From the IMG/VR virus record IMGVR_UViG_3300048848_000033, positions 1 to 42,876 of that record: 42,876 nt of DNA. The stretch is one strand, 5' to 3'. The position numbers were made by a program, and so were the translations under genes. How positions within the stretch are numbered: the first letter of the stretch is position 1; each line of letters opens with the position of its first letter. This document shows positions 35,199 to 42,876 of this stretch, one piece after another. Below the pieces are notes generated by a model. The model saw nothing but the letters and a program-made list of their open reading frames with translations, was not told the DNA's origin and did not search any database. The DNA is from a virus. Its lineage: Duplodnaviria > Caudoviricetes.

Positions 35199-35673
35199 TC
35201 TTGCGCAATCGGTGCGCGAGTCCGTGAACCAGATCGATCCCGAAACCGGCGAGCTGGTCGAAACCTATGCGCAGAGCCGCGAGCTGTTCCAGAACAAGGC
35301 CGTCGCCTGTGTGGCCTACGCCAAGGAAGAAGCTGCGGCACTGGAGGCTGCCGACGCCATGCTCAAGCAGATGCGGGAGAAGCTGGACGCTCGGGCCAAG
35401 CGCCTGGAGGGCTTCAAGCGCTACATGGCCGACTGCATGAAGGCGACCGGCATCCTGGAAGTGAAGCACGACACCGGCCTGTTCGGCGCCAAGCTGTTCG
35501 TGGACCGCGACGAGTCAGTGCAGATCGAGGACGGCGCGACCTTCCCCGCGGCTCTGTGCAACGAGCCGAAGCCGCCCGCGCCCAGCAAGACCAAGATCAA
35601 GAACGCGATCAAGGCTGGCGAGGCTGTGGCCGGTGCTCGCATTGTTCGCACTGACCGACTGGCGATCAGTTGA
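35176..35673 (+). CDS. Siphovirus Gp157-family protein
   Basis: IDPETGE, coiled coil, KTKIKNAIKAGEAVAGARIV C-terminus; GGAG RBS. Confidence 0.85.
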   Translation: MTAVTLFDLAQSVRESVNQIDPETGELVETYAQSRELFQNKAVACVAYAKEEAAALEAADAMLKQMREKLDARAKRLEGFKRYMADCMKATGILEVKHDTGLFGAKLFVDRDESVQIEDGATFPAALCNEPKPPAPSKTKIKNAIKAGEAVAGARIVRTDRLAIS

Positions 35674-35675
35674 CC

Positions 35676-36131
35676 ATGCGCATCGAACGAGTCGAAGCCA
35701 TCACGGCCCTGCTGCGCAAGCGCGGACCGATGACCACCAGGGACATAGCCGAAGAACTTGACGCAACCGTGCACGCCATCAATGGCGCCATCGGCAAGCG
35801 CCGCAAGGACCACCCGGGCGAGCGGTTCCGAATCGTCGGCTGGACCCAAGTGACAGGGGAATGGCGCTGCCTCTTGGCCCGCTACTCCGCCTCGGGAGGC
35901 GATGACGCTATCAAGCCAAAGCGCAGCGAGCGAGAGCTGAACCGCGAGGCCGTCCGCCGCTACCGGGCCAAGAACCTTGAGGCCTACCGCGCCAAGGAGC
36001 GCGCTAGAGCTGCCAAGCGCCGAGGAACTGTGATTGCGATCAACCCATGGACCGGCCTCGCCCCAGTGTCACTTCGGTCCCACATGGCCAAGGTCGCCGC
36101 CAACACCAGCACGCTCGCCGAGGCGGCGTGA
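35676..36131 (+). CDS. Winged-HTH-like basic protein
   Basis: GPMTTRDIAEELD HTH; Arg/Lys-rich helix. Confidence 0.65.
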   Translation: MRIERVEAITALLRKRGPMTTRDIAEELDATVHAINGAIGKRRKDHPGERFRIVGWTQVTGEWRCLLARYSASGGDDAIKPKRSERELNREAVRRYRAKNLEAYRAKERARAAKRRGTVIAINPWTGLAPVSLRSHMAKVAANTSTLAEAA

Positions 36132-36162
36132 CCGACATCCCCATCTGCGGAGGATTGAAAAA

Positions 36163-36855
36163 ATGACCAAGCGCCAGTTCTGGACGGCACGGGAGGAGCG
36201 AATCCTGCGCGACCTCTACCCCGACTGCCTGGCCGAGACGGTCGCCCGCGAGCTCGGCCGCCCCGTTCGCGCCGTCTACCAGAAGGCCACGGCGTTGGGC
36301 CTATCCAAGAGCGAAGCCTTCAAGGCCAGCGACGCGTCAGGCCGAGTGAAGCGCGGCAAGCAGCACCCCAGCATGGTGGCATCGCAGTTCAGGCCTGGAC
36401 TGACACCGTGGAACAAGGGCGCCAGAGGGTCCACCGGAACGCAGGAGGGGTGCCGCGCCACGCAGTTCAAGCCAGGGCGGGCCGCCAGCGAGGCGGCCAA
36501 CTACGCGCCCATCGGCAGCCTCCGCATCTCGAAGGACGGCTATGCCGAGCGCAAGGTGACCGACGATCCAGGCATCGTGCCGGCGCGCCGCTGGGTCGCC
36601 GTGCATCGCCTGGTGTGGGAGGCCGCGCGCGGCCCCATTCCGGCCGGCCACGCCGTGGTGTTCCGCCCTGGCCAGAAGACGGCCGAAGCCGACCGCATCA
36701 CCGTCGAGATGCTCGAGATGCTGACGCGCGCGCAGCTGATGCAGCGCAACAGCTACCACACCAACTACCCGCCCGAGGTGCGCCAGCTGGTGCAGCTGCG
36801 CGGCGCCCTCACCCGACAGATCAACTCGCGCACCCGCGCACTGGAGCAGCCATGA
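36163..36855 (+). CDS. HNH-like protein with N-terminal Myb-like helix bundle
   Basis: WTAREERILRDLYP, F.PG.TPWNKG, VHRLVWE...GPIP.GH.V.F; GGAGG RBS. Confidence 0.8.
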   Translation: MTKRQFWTAREERILRDLYPDCLAETVARELGRPVRAVYQKATALGLSKSEAFKASDASGRVKRGKQHPSMVASQFRPGLTPWNKGARGSTGTQEGCRATQFKPGRAASEAANYAPIGSLRISKDGYAERKVTDDPGIVPARRWVAVHRLVWEAARGPIPAGHAVVFRPGQKTAEADRITVEMLEMLTRAQLMQRNSYHTNYPPEVRQLVQLRGALTRQINSRTRALEQP

Positions 36856-37148
36856 GCGCAAACCACATCAGCACCGTCCGCCAGCACCTGATCGACCAGC
36901 TGGCCGCCCTGCGCAAGGCCGACGGCGCCGACGCTGTACGGCTGGAGATCGACCGTGCCAAGGGCATCAGCGACGTGGCCCAGGTCATCGTCAACAGCGC
37001 CAAGGTCGAGGTCGAGTACCTGCAGAAGACCGGCCAGGTCAGCACGCCCTTCCTGGAGGTGCCGCCCGATGCGCCCTACCTCACGACGCAGACCGATGAC
37101 CTGCCCAACGGCATCAGCAGCATCACCCGCCACCGCCTGCAGGGCTGA
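36852..37148 (+). CDS. Conserved phage protein coupled to the HNH-like gene
   Basis: ATGA overlap; HL..QL..L...EIDRAKGISDVAQVIVNSAKVE motif. Confidence 0.8.
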   Translation: MSANHISTVRQHLIDQLAALRKADGADAVRLEIDRAKGISDVAQVIVNSAKVEVEYLQKTGQVSTPFLEVPPDAPYLTTQTDDLPNGISSITRHRLQG

Positions 37149-37154
37149 CCGACC

Positions 37155-37652
37155 ATGAACGAAATTCCAAGCCCCCAAGCAGGCGGGTACAACCCTGCCG
37201 ACCACGACAAGCGTTGCCCGCGCGCAATGGACAGCAGCGTGCGGTGCAACTGCGGTGCCGAGCCAGTGGGCGAGGTCTACACGATGGAGGCCCTGGTGCC
37301 GGGTGGAGGCGTGAAGCACCACGTCACGCTTCACAGGCCCCTGCCGGCAGGAACGAAGCTGTACACCGCTCCTGCCGCGGCTGCGCCCGCGGCGCTACCA
37401 GCCATGACGCCCGAGTTGGCATCCATCCTGGGGATGATGTGCTTCCAGTGCGTTCACTTCGCGCAGGCGCTGCGCGCGGCCGGCCACGAGATCAAGCCCC
37501 GCGCTGAGGACGAACAGGCCGCGGCGCTGTACTGGATGCTGGGTCACTACTTCCGCCACGGTGATGACTGGCGCAAGCACGCGCTCGATGACTTGGAGCG
37601 CATGCGCGCCGTGGTCATCGAGCGCACCACTCAACAGGGAGCCAAGGCATGA
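37155..37652 (+). CDS. Hypothetical modular early protein
   Basis: LPAGTKLYTAP motif; ILG..CF....A..LR..G.EI..RAEDEQAA. Confidence 0.7.
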   Translation: MNEIPSPQAGGYNPADHDKRCPRAMDSSVRCNCGAEPVGEVYTMEALVPGGGVKHHVTLHRPLPAGTKLYTAPAAAAPAALPAMTPELASILGMMCFQCVHFAQALRAAGHEIKPRAEDEQAAALYWMLGHYFRHGDDWRKHALDDLERMRAVVIERTTQQGAKA

Positions 37653-38089
37653 GCGCCCTCAAGATCAGGACGGCCGACGGCACGAAGCTGCCGGCGCCAC
37701 GGCTGCAACTGCGCTGGGAGGCCAACAAAGGCGGCCCCGCATACCAGTGGCAGTGCCACTACGAACTGGTGCTCCCGCTCGACAAGTACGACATCCGCCG
37801 CGAGGTCTACAACGACGATGGCGAGGAAATCGGCGAGGTGGACGAGTTGGTCGTTGCGCTCAAGCCGCCGTCACTCCGTGGCTCGAGCTGCACCCCCTGC
37901 AAGGCCCAGGACGGCACGCCCTACTACGATCCTCCGTACCGCGACGGGGCACATGCAGGTTGGGACGCGAAGGTGTTGGGCAACCCGCCGATCTACGTCA
38001 TCGCCCCAGACGGCATGGCGTTCAAACGCGAGGAGAAGCCGGAGCAACCAGCCAATTCAATCCGCCAACAAGGGGGATCAGCACCATGA
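37649..38089 (+). CDS. Hypothetical protein
   Basis: ATGA-coupled on both sides. Confidence 0.7.
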   Translation: MSALKIRTADGTKLPAPRLQLRWEANKGGPAYQWQCHYELVLPLDKYDIRREVYNDDGEEIGEVDELVVALKPPSLRGSSCTPCKAQDGTPYYDPPYRDGAHAGWDAKVLGNPPIYVIAPDGMAFKREEKPEQPANSIRQQGGSAP

Positions 38090-38538
38090 AGATGGCAAAG
38101 GCCAGCGAGGCCGACCTGAGAATGGCGATGGACCTGTGCAGCGCGCTCGACCTGCTGGGCCAGCGGTTCATCCCCTGCATGCCCGAGGCGATCGAACAGC
38201 TCGGCCCTGACGACGAGCGCGAGCCATTCGACAGCGACGACGACGCGCAGTGCGGCCGCGCGATGCGCCACCTGCTGGAGATTGCCGAGCGCGGCAGTCT
38301 GATGCGGGTCGTCTGGGGCATGGCCGTGCTGCTGGACCCGGCCAACCGCATGGTGGACTCGGACGCCGACACCCTGGAGCGCCATCCCAGCCACGCCGCG
38401 GCGGTGGCGGCGCTGAAGAACCTGGTTGACCGCGACTTCACGTTCTTCAGCGGCGCGATGGTCGGCGCGAACAAGAAGATCACCCGCGACGAGGTGCTCG
38501 CTGCGCGCGACGCGCTGTCCCAGGTCGGTGCACCGTGA
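38086..38538 (+). CDS. Hypothetical protein (MKMAKASEADL start)
   Basis: ATGA-coupled; AAGGGGG RBS. Confidence 0.7.
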   Translation: MKMAKASEADLRMAMDLCSALDLLGQRFIPCMPEAIEQLGPDDEREPFDSDDDAQCGRAMRHLLEIAERGSLMRVVWGMAVLLDPANRMVDSDADTLERHPSHAAAVAALKNLVDRDFTFFSGAMVGANKKITRDEVLAARDALSQVGAP

Positions 38539-38792
38539 TAGCCATGCACCGCTTCCCAATTGGCACCCAGTTCGCCGTCCGTCGCGGCCCGAAGCGCACG
38601 GATATCTGCACCGTGACCGACCACCTGACCACCACGAACTCACGAGGCGAGGTCGTGCGCGAGCGCTACATGGCGACGCACCCGTTCTGCGGGCAGACCA
38701 TCACCGACGACGACGTGGTGGACCCGACCATCGCGCGCGGCCTGTTGCCGGACTATCAGCACCTGCTCGCCCTATCCAACCCTCCCCGCTGA
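38535..38792 (+). CDS. Hypothetical protein
   Basis: Coupled; RFPIGTQF...TIARG. Confidence 0.65.
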   Translation: MIAMHRFPIGTQFAVRRGPKRTDICTVTDHLTTTNSRGEVVRERYMATHPFCGQTITDDDVVDPTIARGLLPDYQHLLALSNPPR

Positions 38793-38795
38793 CAC

Positions 38796-39299
38796 ATGGA
38801 AAACAACCTCCAACCGCACCAACGGCAACTGGCGCCCGAGGCCAACAAGTTCCACACCGGCAACGGCGGCGACGGCAAGCACTACTGGCTGACCCCGCCC
38901 GACCTCTACCGCAAGCTGGCGGCCGAGTTCCGCTTCGACTTCGATCCGTGCCCGTTTCCGCGGCCGGCCGGCTTTGACGGACTGACCTGCGAGTGGGGCT
39001 CATCCAGCTACGTCAACCCGCCGTTCGGATCCATCTTGCACCAGGGCCCTGGCGACAAGTCGCCGAAGAAAAAAGGCCCTACCGCCTGGGCGCGCAAGGC
39101 CATCGAGGAAAGCCGCAAGGGCAAGCGCGTCGTGCTGGTCTACCCCATCGACAAGTGGGTGCTCATGCTGCTGGAGGCCGGCGCCCAGGTGCGCAACCTG
39201 GGCGACGTGAAGTGGCTGGCCACCGAGGACGGAGCCGAGGGGCGCGGCACCGGCCGGCACATCGGCTGCTTCGTGCTTGAGCCCAAGGCGCTCGCCTGA
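38796..39299 (+). CDS. Small phage DNA N6-adenine methyltransferase
   Basis: WLTPP.LY, FDFDPCP, DGL..EW, YVNPPF catalytic motif. Confidence 0.85.
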   Translation: MENNLQPHQRQLAPEANKFHTGNGGDGKHYWLTPPDLYRKLAAEFRFDFDPCPFPRPAGFDGLTCEWGSSSYVNPPFGSILHQGPGDKSPKKKGPTAWARKAIEESRKGKRVVLVYPIDKWVLMLLEAGAQVRNLGDVKWLATEDGAEGRGTGRHIGCFVLEPKALA

Positions 39300-39329
39300 T
39301 TTTCTGATCCCCTTGCCGGACGGATAGAA

Positions 39330-39878
39330 ATGACAAATCAACCTTCTGCAGAGCGCCGGCCTGTCGTTGGCTGGGAAGGCTTCTACGAAGTTTCCAGCGA
39401 TGGCCGGGTGTTCAGCCTGGACCGCGTGGTGAAAACCGGCCGCGGCCCTGGCATCCGCAAGGCCAAGGAGCTTCGCATCAACCCGAACACCAAGGGCTAC
39501 GCCAGCGTGAGCCTGTGCGTGAACTACAAGCAGGTCTACCGGCGCGTTCACCGCTTGGTCGCGGAAGCGTTCATCGAAAACCCTCACGGGTATCCCGAGG
39601 TCAACCACAAGAACGCGAACCGCATGGACGCCCGGGTGGAGAACCTGGAGTGGTGCACGTCGAGCCAGAACAAGCTCCACGCCTTCTACGTGACCAGGTC
39701 GCTCACGATCAAGCCGCGGTGCAAGCTGAGCTACGAGATCGCCGAAGAGATTCGGATGCAGTACCCATCGGCCAACATGACCGAACTGTCCAAGAAGTAC
39801 GGCGTTAGCCACACCGCGATCTCCAACATCGTTCACCGCATCGCGTGGCAGAACGCCCCGCAACAGGACGCACCATGA
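39330..39878 (+). CDS. NUMOD4-HNH homing endonuclease
   Basis: VVGWEGFYEVSSDGRVFSL (NUMOD4), VHRLVAEAF...VNHKNANRMD.RVENLEWCT..QN..H, C-terminal HTH. Confidence 0.92.
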   Translation: MTNQPSAERRPVVGWEGFYEVSSDGRVFSLDRVVKTGRGPGIRKAKELRINPNTKGYASVSLCVNYKQVYRRVHRLVAEAFIENPHGYPEVNHKNANRMDARVENLEWCTSSQNKLHAFYVTRSLTIKPRCKLSYEIAEEIRMQYPSANMTELSKKYGVSHTAISNIVHRIAWQNAPQQDAP

Positions 39879-40333
39879 CCAAGCAAACAGAACAAGGCGC
39901 GGCCGAGCCGACAGACGTGGAACTGCTGCTGTTCGCCGGAGGCCATGAGGACCCCAACGATGCGCCGGCGTCGTCGTGGCAGTTCGACAATGACGAACTG
40001 GTGCGCCTGCTGCGTGGCGTGATCGAGCGCTTCGGCCAGGCCAAGATTCCCAGCACCGAGGGCTGCGCATTGGAAAACCGCGACCTGCCCAACTTCGACC
40101 CGGCCGACCTGACCATCGATTCGTTCCCGCGGCGCCCGCCAGGCGGGATGCAGGTCGGCATGTCTGTCGGCGTGGTGGTGCGCCATAAGCCATCCGGCTT
40201 CAGCGTCATCGTGGACAACCACCGCAGCCAGCACCGCAACCGGGACGAGGCCTTGCGCCAGTTGGCGTTTCTGGTGCACGTCTTCGGAGACATGCCGGCC
40301 GCCACCGCTGGAGGTGGGAATGGCAGCTCTTGA
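39875..40333 (+). CDS. Protein with peptide-chain-release-factor domain-3-like C-terminal region (GGQ loop altered to GGMQ)
   Basis: DPADLTIDSF...PGGMQV...VVVRHKPSG.SV....HRSQHRNRDEAL aligns by eye with the class I RF domain 3 consensus; ATGA-coupled. Confidence 0.7.
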   Translation: MTKQTEQGAAEPTDVELLLFAGGHEDPNDAPASSWQFDNDELVRLLRGVIERFGQAKIPSTEGCALENRDLPNFDPADLTIDSFPRRPPGGMQVGMSVGVVVRHKPSGFSVIVDNHRSQHRNRDEALRQLAFLVHVFGDMPAATAGGGNGSS

Positions 40334-40601
40334 GCTTGTGCCGCGCACTGTCTACCGCGCGCCGACAGCGCGGAGGCATTACCTCACGCCCCGCGCTGCC
40401 GCAGATGCCGAAGCGCGCGCGCTGGTCATGCGCAAGTACCCGACCGAGCGCGAGGGCCGAGACCACAACGGGATGGTCTACGACCCGGGCTGGCATTGGT
40501 CCAGCGATCCCCGGCTCGTGCGCTTGCACAAGCGGCTGCGGCGCAGCCTACTTCGGCGGCTTCGGTACGCCGCCACCTCCCACCCCACACCGAAGGAATG
40601 A
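40320..40601 (+). CDS. Conserved basic phage protein
   Basis: GGAGG RBS; VYRAPTARRHYLT..AA..AEA...KYP. Confidence 0.7.
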   Translation: MAALELVPRTVYRAPTARRHYLTPRAAADAEARALVMRKYPTEREGRDHNGMVYDPGWHWSSDPRLVRLHKRLRRSLLRRLRYAATSHPTPKE

Positions 40602-40604
40602 CCC

Positions 40605-41378
40605 ATGAACGAGCGTGAAGCATTCGAGGCCTGGATCAAGCAAGGCGGCGGCGACCTGAGCACCTTCGGGACCGAGCCGAACATGCACTACCACAACAGC
40701 GCGGTGAACAACGCCTGGACCGGATGGGCGCGCCGCGCAGCCCTCGCATCTGCACCGGCCGCCACGCAGGGGGAGGCGGTGGCGTATGCCTTAAGGTGGC
40801 CGTACAACGGGCGCCTCAATCTGAGCACGGTGTTCGACACTCAGCGCGAAGCGGAGGACTACGCCGCGCAATGTCAGTATGGGGCCGTCGTAGTTCCGCT
40901 CTACGCTGGGCCGCATGCCACGGCGTCGGCAGACGAAGACCACGCCCTGACCATCGCCTACATGAGCGGCTTCAACGATGCAAAGGCGCAGTTCATGGCC
41001 ACCCCCACCCCGCAGCCAGCCCGAGCAGCCGAGGCCACGCAACCAGCAGCGGCAGAGCAGCCGGACCGACTGTCGCTTCCTGCGAAATGGGTCGCCGAAC
41101 TGCTTACCCTGTGCGGCCCCGAGCAGCACGAATTGCGGGATCGGGTGCGAGCGAGTCTGGCACCATCCCAGGCGCCGGCCGGGGTGGAGGCGGCGCAGCA
41201 GGACGCGGTGGAGCTGACCGCGCTCATCGTGCGTGACTGCTGCGAGACCGACCCGGCCGACCCGGACGAGCCATCGACCGTCTGCATCAGCGTGACAGAG
41301 CTCAACTGCATCGTGCGCGAGCGACTTCAGGCCGCCGCCGCTGCAAAATCCCACCCCCAGGAAGGACGGATGCCATGA
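40605..41378 (+). CDS. Hypothetical modular early protein
   Basis: EREAFEAW, AW.GW.RRAAL, VVPLY and LTIAYMSG motifs typical of mosaic lambdoid early genes. Confidence 0.72.
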   Translation: MNEREAFEAWIKQGGGDLSTFGTEPNMHYHNSAVNNAWTGWARRAALASAPAATQGEAVAYALRWPYNGRLNLSTVFDTQREAEDYAAQCQYGAVVVPLYAGPHATASADEDHALTIAYMSGFNDAKAQFMATPTPQPARAAEATQPAAAEQPDRLSLPAKWVAELLTLCGPEQHELRDRVRASLAPSQAPAGVEAAQQDAVELTALIVRDCCETDPADPDEPSTVCISVTELNCIVRERLQAAAAAKSHPQEGRMP

Positions 41379-41662
41379 GCAAAAGAACTTGGCACAGCGG
41401 ACCGCCGCCGCACGTCGGCTGGTGGAATGCCAGCATGTTCGACGACGACGAGATGTGGCGGTGGTGGGGCGGGGAATTCTGGTCGGATGGTGTCCACTGC
41501 AGCCATACGCAGCACTGGGCGTCCAAGGTCGCGGCGGGGATGAAGGCAAGGTCGCAAGGCATCCGCTGGAGCGACTACTGGCCCAGGCGTGCCCGCGTGC
41601 CCCGCATCGACCCGCGACCCGCCGCCCAGATCGGCAAGACCAACCAGCCCGGGGAGGCATGA
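41375..41662 (+). CDS. Trp-rich hypothetical protein
   Basis: WHSGPPPHVGWWNAS...RWW.G..WS; ATGA-coupled. Confidence 0.72.
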   Translation: MSKRTWHSGPPPHVGWWNASMFDDDEMWRWWGGEFWSDGVHCSHTQHWASKVAAGMKARSQGIRWSDYWPRRARVPRIDPRPAAQIGKTNQPGEA

Positions 41663-41823
41663 TGAAGACCACGATTCGCAAGTGCCCGCGCTGTCACAAG
41701 AACCGGCGCGACGGCAGTCCAGTTTCATACGTCTGGTGGATTGTCAAAGGCTATGGGCTCATGTGCTGGGCCTGCTGGGACAAGATCAGCGCCAGCTTTT
41801 ACAGGAGTTTCGGCCATGGCTGA
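41659..41823 (+). CDS. Small C4 zinc-finger protein
   Basis: CPRC...CWAC; GGAGG RBS; ATGA overlap. Confidence 0.6.
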   Translation: MMKTTIRKCPRCHKNRRDGSPVSYVWWIVKGYGLMCWACWDKISASFYRSFGHG

Positions 41824-42220
41824 CACACCACAGATGCCGGCGGAGCAGCTGCGCGCCGGGCTGGAGGCGGCCGGGTGGCGCATCGACCGCGACTCGATGC
41901 GCGATCCTATGAATCGGTGCGACTGGTACGCATGGATGCCCAAGCGCCCAGCCGACTGGCCTGACTGCGAGTGCAACGACAAGCCGCCCAGCCTGGTGAT
42001 CTGGCCCAGCTATCTGCGGCTGCCTGACGGCCGCGAGATGGCCGGCGTGGAGTTCGAGGTGACCGGCGAGTCCGGCGGGCGATGGTTCAAGCTGCGCATG
42101 TACAGCGTGCAGCCCAATGAGGCGCTGGCGGCGGCAGAGGAGGCCGTCGCAGGCCTGGGGGCCGCATGGACCGCCATCGCCACCACTTTTCAACCCCCAC
42201 AGAAGGCGGACTCCGACTGA
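41816..42220 (+). CDS. Hypothetical protein
   Basis: AGGAG RBS; CECNDKPP motif. Confidence 0.68.
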   Translation: MADTPQMPAEQLRAGLEAAGWRIDRDSMRDPMNRCDWYAWMPKRPADWPDCECNDKPPSLVIWPSYLRLPDGREMAGVEFEVTGESGGRWFKLRMYSVQPNEALAAAEEAVAGLGAAWTAIATTFQPPQKADSD

Positions 42221-42243
42221 CCGCCCCTGCAACCAGCAACACC

Positions 42244-42268
42244 GAGCCCGCAACACGCGGGCTCTTTT
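42244..42268 (+). terminator. Rho-independent terminator before xis
   Basis: GAGCCCGC-aacac-GCGGGCTC followed by TTTT. Confidence 0.8.
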
Positions 42269-42282
42269 CATTGGAGGCCTAC

Positions 42283-42474
42283 ATGGGCGATCTGATCGGA
42301 CTTTCTGAGATCAGCATGACGCTGAACGTGACCCACGACTACGCCCGGGATCGGGTTGTGAAACGGCCCGACTTCCCCAGGCCGGCCATCTCCCTCAGTC
42401 AGAAGTGCCGGCGCTGGAAGAAGGCAGAATTCGAGACGTGGCTGCGCCGCGAGCAGCGCAAGCCGGAGCGATGA
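42283..42474 (+). CDS. xis: Excisionase / AlpA-family recombination directionality factor
   Basis: 63 aa; PDFPRP...RRW...EFETWL; GGAGG RBS; adjacent to att. Confidence 0.85.
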   Translation: MGDLIGLSEISMTLNVTHDYARDRVVKRPDFPRPAISLSQKCRRWKKAEFETWLRREQRKPER

Positions 42475-42549
42475 ATTTCCCCAGCGGTTTACCCAACCAC
42501 CCCGAAACCCGCGCCAGGCCTTGCGCTTCGATCCCGGTTCGGGGCACCA
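42423..42549 (+). repeat. 127-bp direct repeat, copy 2, ending in the att core (attR-like junction at 42527-42549)
   Basis: Identical to 1-127; followed by sequence not found elsewhere in the window. Confidence 0.97.
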
Positions 42550-42876
42550 AGTCCTTGACACATGGCAAGTTCAAAGAGTTCGAGCCAGTCTCTGAAACAG
42601 GCCCCAACGCGGTTGTGTCCGCCGTTCTGGAGGGCGTCATGCAGACGCCCTTCACTGGGCTCTCCGCCGAAGACAGCGCCATGGCCCCGGCCGGGACCTC
42701 GCACCCGTCGCTCACGCTGCCAACGCGAGCGCAGCGCCCCCCGCGCAGTTCGCCAACTCAGAAATCCATCGTCGCCGACATCGTCAAGGTCCGCGGCTTG
42801 CCCAGGTACAGCCAGCTGCCCGAGCCGCTGGCCCAGTAGTCGCGGCCCAAAAGGTTTTCGATGCCTGCGCGCAGCA
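42550..42876. other. Probable host chromosome flank downstream of attR
   Basis: Begins exactly where the repeat diverges after CCA; no recognisable phage gene. Confidence 0.65.

Larger units (their letters stand above)
104..42549. mobile_element. Complete temperate phage/prophage (P22-like podovirus structural module, lambdoid early region)
   Basis: Integrase at one end, AlpA-like excisionase at the other, att core repeated at both ends, full set of packaging, virion, lysis, immunity and replication genes. Confidence 0.95.

Noticed and set aside
42423-42549. Biological direct terminal repeat of a linear genome
   Set aside because: It ends exactly at the att core, contains part of xis, and its length equals a common assembler k-mer
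42405-42839. ORF spanning attR
   Set aside because: Chimeric across the junction and overlaps xis; no recognisable product

Overview
The window holds one apparently complete temperate phage of about 42.4 kb, with a P22-like podovirus virion module and a lambdoid early region, in GC-rich DNA that looks betaproteobacterial (inferred). About 330 bp of apparent host DNA follows it. Order on the + strand: attP-like junction (tRNA 3'-end core, probably tRNA-Leu) and tyrosine integrase; a minus-strand block running from cro through replication, nin genes, terS/terL, portal, scaffold, coat, gp4, a giant Ig/SGNH protein, gp10, needle, cupin, three ejection proteins, tailspike and lysis genes; cI; a large membrane GT-C-like gene in the lambda rex position; the PL promoter with a highly structured ~320-nt leader; about 27 small early genes; xis; attR. 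Bases 1-127 are repeated exactly at 42423-42549. Most notable oddities: a peptide-release-factor domain-3 look-alike with an altered GGQ loop, a stand-alone GT-C-like moron, a 1256-aa Ig-repeat/O-acetylesterase virion protein, no recognisable N or Q antiterminator, and structured RNA leaders including a pseudoknot before the scaffold gene. All family assignments come from motif recognition and gene order; no database searches were run.
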